A stretch of 64,000 nucleotides of DNA, taken from Eledone cirrhosa (taxonomy: Eukaryota). The notes below the pieces were generated by a model. It worked only from the letters and a program-made list of their open reading frames with translations. It searched no databases and was not told the DNA's origin. This document shows positions 13,900 to 27,249 of the stretch, one piece after another. Made by a program: the position numbers and the translations under genes. Position 1 is the first letter of the stretch. Each line of letters opens with the position of its first letter. Where the stretch lies: the NCBI GenBank assembly GCA_964016885.1, contig OZ024740.1:357554001-357618000 (forward strand), written 5' to 3'.

Positions 13900-14439
13900 A
13901 CTATATGTTTTACCGTTTTCTATAAATAATATATCAGCACAGACATCAAACAGAGCTTCCTTTAATTCATTTTAGGGGACACAGAACACGTGCATTATCC
14001 CCTTTGTGAATCAAAGATAGATTAATTTATGAATATATTCTTCTGACAAGAATATAAAGTTTTTTCAATACAATGTCGTCACTGATTCGTTTTAGACTAA
14101 AATCTCCATATTCAATTGTTGAAAGTTGGGGACTATGCAAGCAAAACTCACTCTGTCACTAGACTTCTTGCTTGTCAACTTTTGAGACTCTGTATGAGTG
14201 TTAACGATATTATTAATGTTGTTGTTGTTGACAATGTTCTTAATGCTGTCATTGTCACCGAACGAGTTTAGATAAACACTCAATAAATTGTCTTGGATAC
14301 AGAGTCCTTTGTATCCGAAGAATTTATATACAAGTCCGAAGGACGGTTGTTTATGTTTTACTGCTTTGTGTTGGCTAAAATATTTGCCTTTTTGTATTTT
14401 GCGTAGGTTTTATTTTGCAAAGTGGACACCATTATTAAA

Positions 14440-14705
14440 TTGGCAGTATCGGTAGAGGGTCGGACGCCATGCTTTGACGCATAGAGTTACGTCCTTTGCC
14501 TTTCATCCTTACGGGGTCGATAAAATAAAGTACCAGTAATACACTGGGTAATTGCTGGCCTTGTGCCTAACGTAGAAACAATTATTAATTGTTTCTATTT
14601 TTGGCACAAGGCCAGCAATTACCCAGTGTATTACTGGTACTTTATTTTATCGACCCCGTAAGGATGAAAAGCAAAGTTAACCTCGGCGGGTTTTGAACTC
14701 AGAAT
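14440..14705. mobile_element. Two family-S SINEs tail-to-tail, forming a palindrome centred near 14586
   Basis: 14495-14584 is the reverse complement of 14588-14680. Confidence 0.8.
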
Positions 14706-15219
14706 CGCGTTATCAAATCAAAACAACGCTTTTAAAAAATAGAATTCATTAATTTGTTTCTGTTGTTGATTGCGAAAGTTAATGGATTAAAAACTACTGG
14801 AAAATCCTTGCTAAATCCAAGTCTAACACTAAGCAATAGCCACAAACGAAGTAAATGTGTATTCAATCTAACATGAAATAATGATAATATTCGCCAGTAA
14901 AATCGTTGATTTTTTAACTTTGGCTGTCCATCTTGTGGACAGCTGGCTGTTTATTTCAGCGGAAGAATTTTTCTCATCCACTGTGTTTTGTTTTTTTTTA
15001 ATGAGAGACGTGTTTGTGAAATGAAACACAAATGTAGCCCTTAAGGGCTCCATATAGGGGAAAACAACTAGCTCCCTAAGAAAAGGGTTTGTTTAGCTAC
15101 AAAACAATATATAATGTTCAGACAAAAATGTTTTGAAAAAACGCAAACAATGAACTTACTCCGCCGATGTGTACCACGTCTCGAGAGATTCAACAACAGA
15201 ATAATAATAACAATAATAT

Positions 15220-18200
15220 CTTTATTAACCACAAAAGGTCCACATCAAGAAAAAACATTATGATAATACAGGACGAAAACATAGAGTGAGTATGTGTGTT
15301 TGTGTTTGTGTGTGGGTTTGCGTGTAAACAAATTTTAACAATGTTAAAAAAAAAGGTAACAATAAAATTAAAACAAAGAAGGTTCCTCAATAGGGAGGAG
15401 ACGTTCCAGGGTCATTCGTGGAAAAAACCCATAAAACCATGGATGCTCTGATCTTTAGGGTAAGTGCTCTGTCCCACCAGGTGTACTCCTCCAATCTACA
15501 GGCTTACACTCAGAGCAGGCCCATTCACTCGGTCCATGCTCGCTTCTCCCACCCACCTTTCAACAAATTGCATTGGAGGCAGCACTTCTTTCTCTACCCT
15601 TATTTTCCTCCTCAATTGGAATCTGAAGAAGTTAATCAGGGTTTCTCCAAAGAGGAAAGTGCTCGTCTTCAAATCCTTCAAGCGTGTCGACCATACAACC
15701 TCTGTCATCATGATCACAAGACATAAAAACGGCCTGCCCTTCTTGACAAAAAGAAGGCGGCGGGACAATCTTTACAATGGACTCGGTTGATAACCGAATT
15801 TGCCCTACACGTGACACCAGTTGTTCGACATAAACCCACAAGTCAGCAATGCTCGAACATGGACGATTACGTGCAGCACGGTTTCATCGTCCTGTGCACA
15901 TCTCGGTCAGGCCCGACTGACGGCATTTCCATGTCTGTATAGTTTATCTCGAACTGGCAAAGCTCATCGGTAGCACTGCCATGCCAGGGATTTCTGGAAA
16001 TTATCCATGGGCCCTGGACCGAAAGTCCTTCCGAAAAGTGTGGCTAGTTGATTTTCGTCGATGTCTAACGTTTCCCTAAGAACGCCGTCGCTTTTATCTG
16101 CCACTAACCCTTTATAGAACGTTAAGGTGGTGTTTCCACCGATATATTGCCCGATTTTTGAAGGGCTGTAAGCGCCTGGAGACATTCCAGTTTCCAAGCG
16201 CTCTCTCTCGGTCTCCGCTTCACCCAGGACTGTAGCTCCGTTAAGGAAACGAGCTGGGGCAACATGCATCTGGTGAACGGTGGCCACACCTATTCACCGT
16301 TTAAGAAGAGATAGAGATGTAGCCTCATCGAATGTTTGCGCATCATTAGCCACGGCATTCCCAGTCCTCCACACAGAAGCTGTTGACAGCAGATGGACCA
16401 CCTGACCATCGGAAAGCGTCCTTACCACAAGAATTGGAAGAGCAAATGCTCCAGTGCAGTCAGACGGGGTTTAGGACAAGGTACGACGGTCAAGCGGTAG
16501 TAGATGACGGACGCGATGAATGAGTTCACCACCTCTGTCCTACCTTTCAGGGGCAGCTTTTTCTCAGTCCATTTCTATGTGAGATTGGCCACTGTTCGTC
16601 ACCTCATCCCAATTTGTGTCCATCTGGACGTCAGGACCAAACCAGACCCCGAGTAATTTAACCGGCCCGTACTTCCAGCGACCGACGACACTGTTAGACG
16701 GCATGGACTTGCCCTTCCATGTGCCGAGTTGTAGGCCACGGATTTTCCTGGTTAATTTTCGCTCCTATCAGCGCTTCGTATTCCTTCAGAGCAGTGCCGA
16801 TCACTTTAATGTGTTTGGCGTTCGACACTACGACTGTGACATCGTCGGCATAAGCCGACACATATCTTCCATGTCCTAGTTCACGCGGGATGCCTCTCAA
16901 CGTCTCTAATTTGTGTAGTAGTGGCTCGAGAGTCAATACATACATGAAAGAACGAGAGTTGACAGCCCTGGTGGACCGAACGCATGATGTCGAACGGTTC
17001 CGAGAGGTGACCATTCAATCTGACTACAGAACAGATGTCACTATGCATAGCAGCTATCCATCCTCTGAAAACCAGCCCAAAGCCTGCTGCTTTACGGACC
17101 ACCGCCAGGTACCGATGGTCGACCCTACCAAATGCTTTGGATTGATCCAAGTTGATGACCCTTCTCTATGATATATCGCATGAGATGGAGGTTGTCATGG
17201 ATGGATCTCTTGGGAATAGCACATGTCTGTGCCTCCCCTACCAGACCACCAACGACAAGTGCCAACTTCGTTGCTAACACCTTGGCCAAAATTTTGAACT
17301 CTGCATTTAACAGAGTTATGGGCCTAAAATGATTTATATTGTCCCCCTTGTTCAGGTCTTTTCTCAGAAGTGCCACCACTCCACGGCTCACAGAACTGGG
17401 GATTTTTCCATTCTGCTGCCAGTTGCAGTAGACGTTTGCCAAGAGGTCACAAAACATGTCTGGCATATAAACATAAAGCTCGTAGGGCAGACCATCTAAT
17501 CCAGGTGATTTACTCCTCGTGCAGTCAGCTAATTCATTCTGTATCTCAACGGTTGTTATTGGCTTTTCGCAACACTCTGCATCTGTCACCGACAGCCGTG
17601 GCAGGCCTCGAGATAGGTTGGGAAGTCCATCTCGCAATCCAGCCCGCAACCGCTCCCGGACAGTCGGGCAAAGTGTTTCTGAAAAGTCGCCCACATCTGC
17701 TTGAGATCGAGTGCCATGCGCCTGTCGTAGTGTTCCAGAGATCGAATTGTGGCTTTGTCCCCTCATGTCTAAGAGCACGCGCCTTAGATCTGACCACGCA
17801 GCCTTCGTTCATAGCATTGAAGAATTGGTCTAAGGCCAATCTCGCGCAAGAACGTCGGTTGCGATGCCTTTGTTAATTGCCTCTTCTAGTTCCCTCTCTA
17901 CTCTAGTTTTCTCTATTGCTACAGCTTTGCTAAATCTTATTGATTCTACTTTAATTGCCCTTTTCAGGACATACCACCACTTGTTGTTGACGATTGTTCC
18001 TGTCAACGTCCGCTTAACTAATTCACCAATCCGGGCTCTGTAGGCTTTGCGTATTGGGAACGAGGCGTTTAGCTTCCATTATCGGCTCCTTGCCTTGGAA
18101 CCTATCTAGATCTACTACACATGTCACAAATTTGTGGTCTGTGTATTCAAATGTTTGAAATTGTGGACAACTTATGCTATCCATGTCTACTTCCCTACAG

Positions 18201-19520
18201 AATACCCTATCTAGATAGGATCTGGATGACCCGATGCGGTTTGTCCATGTGTACATTGGCGCTTTCGGAAAATCCAGTCGGTATCTGTCAGACAGTTGGA
18301 AGTGCCTGAGCAGATTTGCGAGGCTTTTACATCCTCCTCCCCTATCCGTTAGTCCCACACAATCCTAGCGTGCATCTAAGTTACCGTTTAGTCGTCCACA
18401 AAGACTAAAGTGCGAGACGTTCCCAGAAAGGTTTTCAGACGTCGGAAGAAATCAGTTCTTCCTGCCCCTGTTGAAGCATAGACAGCCACTAACCTGAAGG
18501 CGTGCCCTTCTCCGCTGGTCACGTCCAGCCCCACCAATCTACCCTCCGGGTCTAGGAAGATGGTCCGTATTGTGAGATCCATGCCTTTCCGGAACAACAC
18601 GGCAACTCTGCCTCCAGATCCTGGACGGCTTAGAGATGCGTACACCTCGTAGCCACCAAAAATGGGTGCCAAGGTTCGTGCATCGGAAACTCTGGCCTCG
18701 CTAATGGCCACCACATCTGCAGTCATTGAGCAGGTGCCCCTGTTTCCAGGACGACCCTCACACTGCCTATTTTGAGTGAGGCCACGGTTGATTTAGAGGA
18801 GAAGAAAGTGGGAAAGGCTACTTACCTTAGATATTGGGGAGGAAGGACAGTAGTTCCATCCTTCGGGGAGTGGAGGCTCAAAAGCCGAAATATCTGTGTA
18901 GATTCGTTTGGAGATTGTTCCCCTGAAGTCTCCAATCGAATCTAGGAATTTTGTTTTTAAATGTGTGTATGTTTTCTGTGTTATCTTTATTATGTGTATG
19001 TTTTAGAGTAATGCTATTCTCCCTGGTTTTGTAAAATCGTTTTGTGTGATTGTGGTGTGTTCTAAGTAATTTAAAAGTTTTGTATTATTTGAGTCAATTG
19101 CTGTGTTGTGTGTGATGTTTGTATCTTGTGGGTTTGGGTTAGGTTTTGTTTGAGATGTTGTTTGTGTGTGTGGTGATTGATGTAGTGTTGGTGATGGGGA
19201 TGTGGTTTTGGGGGGGGGGGGGTTGCCTTTCGGCTTTTGGGATTTTTTTTTTTTTTGCTCTTTCACCTTTTTTTGAGGACGAAGACGGAGAATTTTTTCT
19301 TTTTATTTGTTTGTTTTCGGGAGAACATACTATTTTCCACTTGTCATGTGTATCATCGGGGAGTGGCATGTCTTCAATGGGTGTTGGTGGTGTTGATGTT
19401 GTTGGTGGCAGCTTTTTTGTGTTGAACTTGGCGGTGCTGGTGTTGGTGTTGTTTTATTTGGTGTTTGTCTTCTAATAGTAGTTGTGGTGGTTTTGGGTGT
19501 TGGTAGGAATGGAGCTTTCT
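15220..19520 (-). mobile_element. Degenerate L1/Tx1-like non-LTR retrotransposon (ORF1 remnant, APE endonuclease, reverse transcriptase)
   Basis: APE motifs DVVAISE, YTW, YLDRVF, TDHK (18023-18780). RT motifs KSPGLDGLPYELY, FRPITLLNAEFKILAK, DQSKAFGRVDH, AYADDVT (16600-17780). Many frameshifts. AATAAA and simple-repeat tail near 15210. Confidence 0.9.
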
Positions 19521-19524
19521 TTGT

Positions 19525-19745
19525 GTTTCTGCTTTTGGCACAAGGCCAGTAATTACCACCAGTGCATTACTGGTGCTTTATTTCATCGACCCTGTAAGGA
19601 TGAAAGGCAAAGTTAATCTCGGCGGTATTTGAAAGTATGGCATCCGACCCTCTACCGATACTGCCAATCCAATGTTTTCTGATTTAGGCACAAGGCCAAC
19701 AACTGCTGCAAAGCATGTTGTCCGATGCTCTACTGATTACTGCCA
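19525..19745 (-). mobile_element. Family-S SINE copy plus fragment
   Basis: GGCACAAGGCCAG...ATCGACCCTGTAAGGATGAAAGGCAAAGTTAA. Confidence 0.75.
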
Positions 19746-19754
19746 ATGATAATT

Positions 19755-20695
19755 CCTTTATTAACCACAAAGGGTTTACACGAAGAAAATTTTAAGGACG
19801 GCGCAGGACAAAGCATTGAATGTTGGGGTGGTGTGCGAGTAAACAGATTTAATGAAAATAAGAAAGGAAACAATAAAATTATATCAAATAGTACTCCTCG
19901 TGGAAAAACCACATAAAACCAGGGTTTCTCTGATTGCTAATTTACTTGGACCATGCTCTCCACTCTTAACCACCTTTCAATAAAATGGCTGGAAGACAAT
20001 ACTTCCTTTTCTACCTTGAGTTTCCTCCTTAAACGTAACTTGAAAAAATTAATGAAGGATTGGCTAAAGAGGAAAGTGTTTGTCTTCACCCACTTGAGTA
20101 ACGTCCATCATGCAAACTCTATCGCCACGGCCACCAGGCATATAAAAACTGCCAGCCCTTCTTGGACGGTGGAGTGATCTTCACGATCGATTCATCTGAT
20201 AGCCGGAAGATAGCAGGTGTTGATGTAAACCCGCAAGTCAGTCTCCGGAAGAAAGCGGCTAATTTCGCCTTCGACGACCAGAGTCTCCGTAAGAAAGTTA
20301 TTGCTTTTCCCCGCCACTAATCCTCTATAGGACACCAAAGTGGAATTTCCAGCAATCGCAATTCGCAACTAGTAGAGGGCTGCAAGTGCTTGACGACATT
20401 ACAGTTGCCAAGCGTTCTCTCTCTACCTTTGCTTAACCCAGGACTGCAGCTCCGTCAAAAAGGCGAGCTGGGGAAACATGTATCTGATGAACGGCGACCA
20501 TACCTATTTGCCACGAAGAAAACTTTGGAGATGTCATAGCATCAGCGTATGTTTACACATCATCAGTCACAGCATGCCCATTCTTCCACGCAGCGGATGT
20601 TGACAATGGATAAACCGCCTCGCCATTGTAACATGCCTCTTCCATAAGAAGCGAAAGAGTAGGCGCTCCAGTGCGGTCAAACGTGGACCGAGGCT
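19755..20695 (-). mobile_element. Second 3' fragment of the L1/Tx1-like family
   Basis: Colinear diverged homology to 15220-16470. Confidence 0.75.
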
Positions 20696-20739
20696 AGACT
20701 CGACCTATAATAATGAATCTAACCCCACAGACAACAATA

Positions 20740-20980
20740 TATATATCAAGGAAATGGAGAAATTGTCCAAATATAAAGATGTGGATATAGAAATAACCCG
20801 AATGTGGATGATGAAAACAGAAACAATCCCTATAATAACAGATGCTCTGGGAATGATAAAACACACACACACACACACACATAGCTACATAATCAAAACC
20901 AAATGAGTTCCAACATACAGTAAATAGCCCTACTAGTCACTGCACGCATATTACGAACAGTACTCTCAATACAATAGAAA
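20740..20980 (+). mobile_element. Dong/R4-like LINE C-terminal fragment
   Basis: Translates EKLSKYKDVDIEITRMWMMKTETIPIITDALGMI. Confidence 0.6.
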
Positions 20981-21069
20981 TAACAACACTAAATCAACAC
21001 TGCATTTATCCAAGGCACACAGAGCAGTGCTCGGTAATTCAGTAACGATATTGTTTCTGCATTTGGCCA

Positions 21070-21530
21070 GTAACGAGAGAAGGGGAAATTCAAGGTAAAG
21101 TTAACCTCGGCCGAATTTGAACATAAACCATATAGAGTCAGGGCAAATATTGATACGCATTTGTCCGACGCTCTAATGCCTTTGTCAATAATAATAATAA
21201 TGTTTCTACTTTTGGCACAAGGCCAGCAATTACCCCAGTGCATTACTAGTGCTTTATTATATCGACCCCGCAAGGATGAAAGGCAAAGTTACTCCGGCGG
21301 GATTTGAACTCAGAACGTAAAGGGCCATAATGGTTTCTGATTTATGCACAAGGGGCCAATAATTTTGGTGGGAGGGGAAAGTCGATTAAATCTACCCCAG
21401 TGCATTACTGGTGCTTTATTTTATAGGCCCCGTAAGGATGAAAGGCAAAGCTAACCTCGGTGGGATTTGAACTCAGAATGTAAAGGACCGTAACTCAATG
21501 CTGCAAAGCATATTATTCGACGCTCTACCG
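21070..21530 (-). mobile_element. Cluster of three family-S SINE copies
   Basis: Repeated AAAGTTAACCTCGG...ATTTGAAC cores at about 21095, 21285 and 21445. Confidence 0.75.
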
Positions 21531-22481
21531 GGCTTCTTTATGAGCCACTCAGGGATTACATTAAGACAACAATAAAGACGGTACAGGACGGTACGGTGTG
21601 GGGTTTTGTGTAAGAGAAAAGTTTATAACGAAGACTAATAAACATACCAAATTCCCCCAAACTGTGGATACCTCCGAGGATTTCTCATGGTGTAAACCCA
21701 CAAAAAGCCACGGTAACCTTGATAGCTAGAGCAAGTGCTCTTTCTTAGTTGTTCCCAACAATAACAGATTTTAAAACACTTTTCATTCATAAAATGTTCA
21801 TTCTCCTTGCCACGGTGAGCTTTAACACCTATGGTCTTTATTTACAGATTATTGACTTTCACTCGTCAACACCATACCATAACAACACGGCCAACTGAAT
21901 CTCACATACGAATAGTAGAAATTTAACAAGTTACCCATTCACAGTTGGAGGTTCAACATTACAAATTATTTCACGTGAGCTGTAGTATGTAAAAAATTAC
22001 TTCACAGGAGCTGCAGTGTGTACAATGATTCTTTATTTTCTATATAGGCACCGTCTTGTTTGTGAGGTTAAGGAGCTTCGTTTCGCAACCACGTGTCATC
22101 TACTGTAAACTCGAAGTGACCAATACTATGTCAGTGAAATTCGGGAGACGGAAACTGCTGTGTATATAAATATATATATATATATATATATACAAGACAT
22201 AAACACTGATGCAAACAAAACACACACACACACATATATATGTATATACATATATATATATACATATATCTTTTTTTTATTATTTTTTATTTAGGTTTGT
22301 GGTTCACCACTGGATAGAATTGGTCATTCCGTATGGTCAATCTTGGTGTAATATTGTGGAGAGTACTCAACGTAGTGCAGTTCACCCGCCTTCGTTTGTG
22401 TAGTTGGTGGTGCGAATACGGAGTTAATTATAAGTAAAATAACAGGAGGCTGGACTGGTGTAAATCCTTGAAAGGTTTATT

Positions 22482-22539
22482 ATACTATGATCATTTCAAT
22501 GACCGGTTTCCATACGAATCCGGTGATATCATCAGGTAT
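22482..22539 (-). ncRNA. Type I hammerhead ribozyme, family C
   Basis: AUAC-CUGAUGA-U-AUCACCGG...CCGGUCAU-U-GAA-AUGAUCAU-A/GUAU. Confidence 0.75.
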
Positions 22540-22903
22540 TCAAAATATAACAAAGGAATATGTAAAAACCATGGGTCCGAAAAATCAGAGACCTTTGTTA
22601 AAATATAGATTCTTTGGAATAACATTTTTCGCAGCGTTTTTCTAGCATGACTGTAGTGTGACCCTTACGCTGACTTCTTTCTTTTTTCCTCTTTCTTTCT
22701 TTCTCCCCTTTTTTTATTCTTTGACAGAGTGGTGGTAGTACATTATAAGCCTTCGCCCCCTCACCAGATGATCATTAGCAGACCGAGTAGCCATTACTTT
22801 GAGGGCGACTGGCCGAGGTGAAGGCAGCTAGTTGGTCAGTCGTCCTCTCTGTCTCTGATTTTTCGGACTCATGGTTTTTACATATTCCTTTCTTATATTT
22901 CGA

Positions 22904-22961
22904 ATACCTGATGATATCACCGGATTCATATGGAACCCGGTCATTGAAATGATCATAGTAT
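22904..22961 (+). ncRNA. Type I hammerhead ribozyme, family C (second arm)
   Basis: CTGATGA 22908, GAAA 22946, palindrome ATGATCAT, stem I ATAC:GTAT. Confidence 0.75.
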
Positions 22962-23027
22962 AATAAACTTTTCAAGGATTTACACCAGTCCAGTCTCCTG
23001 TTATTTTATTTATGTATATACATATAT

Positions 23028-23203
<176 letters not shown>

Positions 23204-23284
23204 GGTAAACAGAAATAACAACACAATCAGTACAGTATATGGAAGGTATATATTAGGTTAACGCTTGATATAGCAGGAAGAGGA

Positions 23285-23320
23285 TCTTAACGTTTCGGAC
23301 GCTAGACCTTCATCAGAAAA
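23285..23320 (-). ncRNA. Minimal type I hammerhead ribozyme of the Neptune-type PLE (family D)
   Basis: UUUU-CUGAUGA-AGG-UCUAGCGU-CC-GAAAC-GUU/AAGA, with palindromic AACGUU. Confidence 0.8.
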
Positions 23321-23543
23321 AAGAATGAGAAATAAGATAGATTGAGGGGACGGGCGGGTTGGAATTGGAAAAAATGTCTTTAGATAAAAATAAGAGGTCC
23401 ATTCATGTTGACATCTCTTGCAAAACTGTTGGTGCTGGCGTTTTGTGTATGATTTATTTTTTAGAAAAGTGGATGATGGAGTTCGTCTACCTGAAATGGA
23501 AAAAAAACCGTTTTGTAAAAAGAGCTATACTTGTGCACGCGCA

Positions 23544-23650
<107 letters not shown>

Positions 23651-23859
23651 ATACGTCTGTATGAAGCTAAGAAGAAATGTGTGTGTATATGTGAGTAAAA
23701 GAGTGTATGTGCATGTAAATACGAAGCTAGGAGCAAAAGTATGTTAATATAAGGGTGTGTATCGGCATGTATTGGTTGTAAGAGAAGCTGCTAATGATCA
23801 AGAGAAAGCGATAGGAATCTAGGTGTGATAATGGACGGAGTATTAGAGAAATTGGGGAG

Positions 23860-25020
23860 GTGAGTTGAATCCAAGAGGGGAATAGGACCCAAGGCGGTGA
23901 ATCAGACTTTTAGTCCTAGTGCGCGAGGCCTGTGATCCATGATGTAAAAGGACACCCAGGACTGAAACATGTAGGGAAGAATGACCAGGAGAACAGAAAT
24001 GGATGACAGGCGACAGGAGTATCCAAACCGAGTCTGATGTCCCTCAAATGTTCGGCAAAATGGTCCGCCATACGGCGTCCCGTTTGTCCGATATATAAAG
24101 ACCCGCAAAGGGAACACCGGAGGGCATAGACAACGTGGGTGGATGTGCAGGTGAAGGAATGGCGGATACAGAAAGACCCACTAGGGCCTGTAAGAGTGGT
24201 GAGGGTGGAAATAAAGGGACAAGTGTTGCAGCGGGAATGGGAACAAGGATGAGAGCCGGGTGGAGTCGTGAGAGAGGACGAAAAGGAACTGCGAACCAGG
24301 AGGTCGCGGAGGTTGCGGGTGCGCTTAAAAGCAGTAATAGGTGGGTTTGGAAAAAAGCGAGAAGTGACGGGGTCAGAAGAGAGGATACGGAAGGAACGGA
24401 GGATATGTCGCCGGAGTGGTAGGGTGATGGGATGGTAGGTGAGAGGGAAAGGAACACGAGTTTGGGAAGGGCGGGGGTGAGGTGAGAAGGCTGTGGTGCG
24501 GTTTGTTTCACGGGCGCGGGTGAGAGCAGATTGGATCAGGGTGGGGGGATATCCACGCTGGATGAAGCAGGAAGCCATGCGAAGGGAATGGCTTTCGAAA
24601 TCGTTGTCCTGGCTACAGAGCCGACGAAGACGGAGGAATTGGGAATAGGGTATGGATTGCTTGGTGTGGGTTGGATGGGAGGAGGTGAAGTCGAGATAAG
24701 ATTTAGAGTCTGTTGGTTTAATGAAGATGGAAGTAGAGAGGGTGTGGTGAGAGTGATTAATAGATAGAGAGATATCTAGAAAAACGAGAGAAGAATCGGA
24801 GACAGAGGCGGTGAAATTGAGAGCAGGATGGAAAGATTGGACAAAAGAAAGAAAACAGTCGAGCTGTTCTCGTGATAGAGAGGTGGCGCCGATATAGTCG
24901 TCGATATAACGACCGTATAGCTCAGGAGTCGGTCCAGCGTACTGGGAGAAGATCTGGGCTTCGACGTAGCCAACAAACAAGTTGGCATAGTTTGGACCCA
25001 TTCTGGTTCCCATCGCTACC
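23860..25020 (-). pseudogene. PLE reverse transcriptase / GIY-YIG endonuclease ORF fragment
   Basis: MGTRMGPNYANLF, RYIDD, FLDI, KPTD, SQFLRLRRLCS, linker CSHSRCNTC, VVY..RCSLC..LYIGQTGR. Frameshift near 24000. Confidence 0.9.
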
Positions 25021-25042
25021 CCAGAGACATATATATATATAT

Positions 25043-25138
25043 GGTCTGTTGGAGACGCAGGACATGGCAGCGATAATGAGGGACAGAGACCGCTGGAGAG
25101 AACTCGTCCATGGATCTCGGGAATTTTACCCGCCCTAG
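25043..25138 (+). mobile_element. Short 3' end of the RTE-X-like LINE seen at 37137-37680
   Basis: Near-identical to 37585-37680. Confidence 0.85.
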
Positions 25139-25167
25139 AAATATATATGGGGAGGGGGTGTATGTGT

Positions 25168-25237
25168 GGTCGTCAAATATGAAATTTGTAGAAATTCTTT
25201 TTCTACAAATTTCTACAAATTTCATACTTGACGACCC
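25168..25237. repeat. Short palindrome with a stuttered centre
   Basis: GGTCGTCAAATATGAAATTTGTAGAAAT versus ATTTCTACAAATTTCATACTTGACGACC, with an extra TTTCTACAA at the centre. Confidence 0.7.
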
Positions 25238-25689
25238 AATATACATATATATTCATGTATGTATGTGTGTGTGTGTGTGTTGTTTGCGTCAGTGTTTATG
25301 TCCTGTAGCTTAGCGTTTCTACTTAGGTCATTCTACTGAGGTCATTAAAAAATAAGTACCAGACATGAAAAAAATATCTTATGTGGTCGATGTGATCGAC
25401 TGGATGCCTTTAAAGTTGTGCGCCAGTAAAATAGAGTAAAAAGAATAGATCAACCAAGTTATTATTTAATACACTCCATATCAAAACTCGACATTTCTCA
25501 TCTGATTCATAAATGGAACAGAAAGCAACTCTTACTTTAATAGAAGGGATGGCGCCGATAGTTGGATCGGGCCATGGAAATTATATGTCCATTGTTGATA
25601 CTTTATGTTGGATACAACTCCTAGTAGAAAGAGACAGGATCTGAGCTCAACATGCGCATAGCCAGATCAGACACCACGAAGTATCCTGT

Positions 25690-25945
25690 GCGACTCTTTA
25701 ACGATTCTACTAATCCAAAACTTCTGGAATTATCAAATAACTATTTTGTCCCAGCCGGTGGCGTTCGAGACATTTGGTGGAGCTGGGCCGCTGACAGCGA
25801 GGTTCTTGTCATCGTTGGCGGCTTACCTTACCGATGTGTCAGGTGATGCACGTGATGGTGGCTGGTTGTTTCAGTACCTTAACTTCGCCATCACCCGCGG
25901 TAATGCTGCGAGCGTGTTGGTTTGCCTCAAACATTTCCGGTGACC
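25690..25945 (+). mobile_element. CRE-like LINE C-terminal fragment
   Basis: PVAFETFGGAGP...WLFQYLNFAITRGNAASV. Confidence 0.65.
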
Positions 25946-26675
25946 CCTATGGTCATATACAAGAGTTCAGATTTCTGTCTAGCACCGATAATTTTCCTCG
26001 GGGGTTAGGATATGCCTATTAGAAACGCAACCTTCGACCTCAAGGACGCATGGTAGATTTTCGAGACTTATTTTAGGAGCAAAAATAGCATCTTCTACGC
26101 CGGAAAATAAAGTAATTGTATTTTTATGTGAAATATTTATATCATTAAATATTGTTTATATTCTTCTTCGGCTAACACAAATCATCCACAGATTTCAATG
26201 TCGTTTCAAATCTCAAATTGACGAACAAATTACTGTATATTTATCGACCCTTAAAAGTAAAGTTAACCTCGACAAGATATTCGGAAGATATTCGGAACGA
26301 ATACTGGAGAATTTAACTCGACGGTCTAACGTCTCTGCCAATCCCTAAATTAAAAGCCATGCATGAAAACGACATAGTCAGAGGTACTCCAATATCCCAC
26401 TGAGTTCTGCGACTGGGGGATATAGTCATTCGTAAACATTAAGTTTACTCTTAGATCAACGAATATACGAAGTGGCGGGGAACTGCTTTAAGTGCTGAAC
26501 CGAGTCAAGTGGTTTTATTTTAGAACGTGAAAGTTACATATACACTTCACACGAACTCATACAACATACACACATGCATACCCAAAATATACGCACACAT
26601 ACACATACATACATACATACATACATACATACATACATACATACATACATACATACATACATACATACATACATA

Positions 26676-27122
26676 CATGGTGGCTGCCAACTCGTTTTCG
26701 AGTACGGTCACTACTTTATATCCATGTAGGAGAACCCCTACCGATGCGCTGAACGAGTGTGGCTTTTTAGTCCAGCCAGCGACTTGAAAACTCTGGTACA
26801 AACACTACACTTGTGACAATTATTGACACATAGTGCTGGGCCCATGGTACCATGTGACGACAAGTGCAGAGAGATCTCCAGATATAAAGCAATGCCTGTG
26901 CCGTGAAGCTTTTATAGTGAGCAAAGGCACTGCACAAAGCCAGTCCCACTCTCTTAACCAAGATGATATTTACCAAAAAGAAGAACAAGTCAACATCATT
27001 GGATACCATCAGGGTTGCAGGTGTTATATCAGAGTTTTCCTTCTCCTAGAATTCTTCCTTGACAAAGGCTAAGGGGTCATCTCTCCCGGTGATTTTGGAT
27101 GGCCATTGACTCTTAAGAGCTC
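26676..27122 (-). mobile_element. Family Z non-autonomous RTE-like element with (TACA)n tail
   Basis: Near-identical to 30441-30885. Confidence 0.75.
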
Positions 27123-27249
27123 CTTAAGCAACACCAGAAATCCACATCACCAGTGACATAGACCGCCTCTACTTTAAACATACATACATACATACATACA
27201 TACATACATACATACATACATACATACATACATACATACATACATACAT

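Larger units (their letters stand above)
22270..23008 (-). mobile_element. PLE-type palindromic insertion, family C (arms 22435-22592 and 22851-23008)
   Basis: 158-bp inverted repeat with a hammerhead in each arm, microsatellite-flanked. A truncated third copy lies at 48607-48702. Confidence 0.8.
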
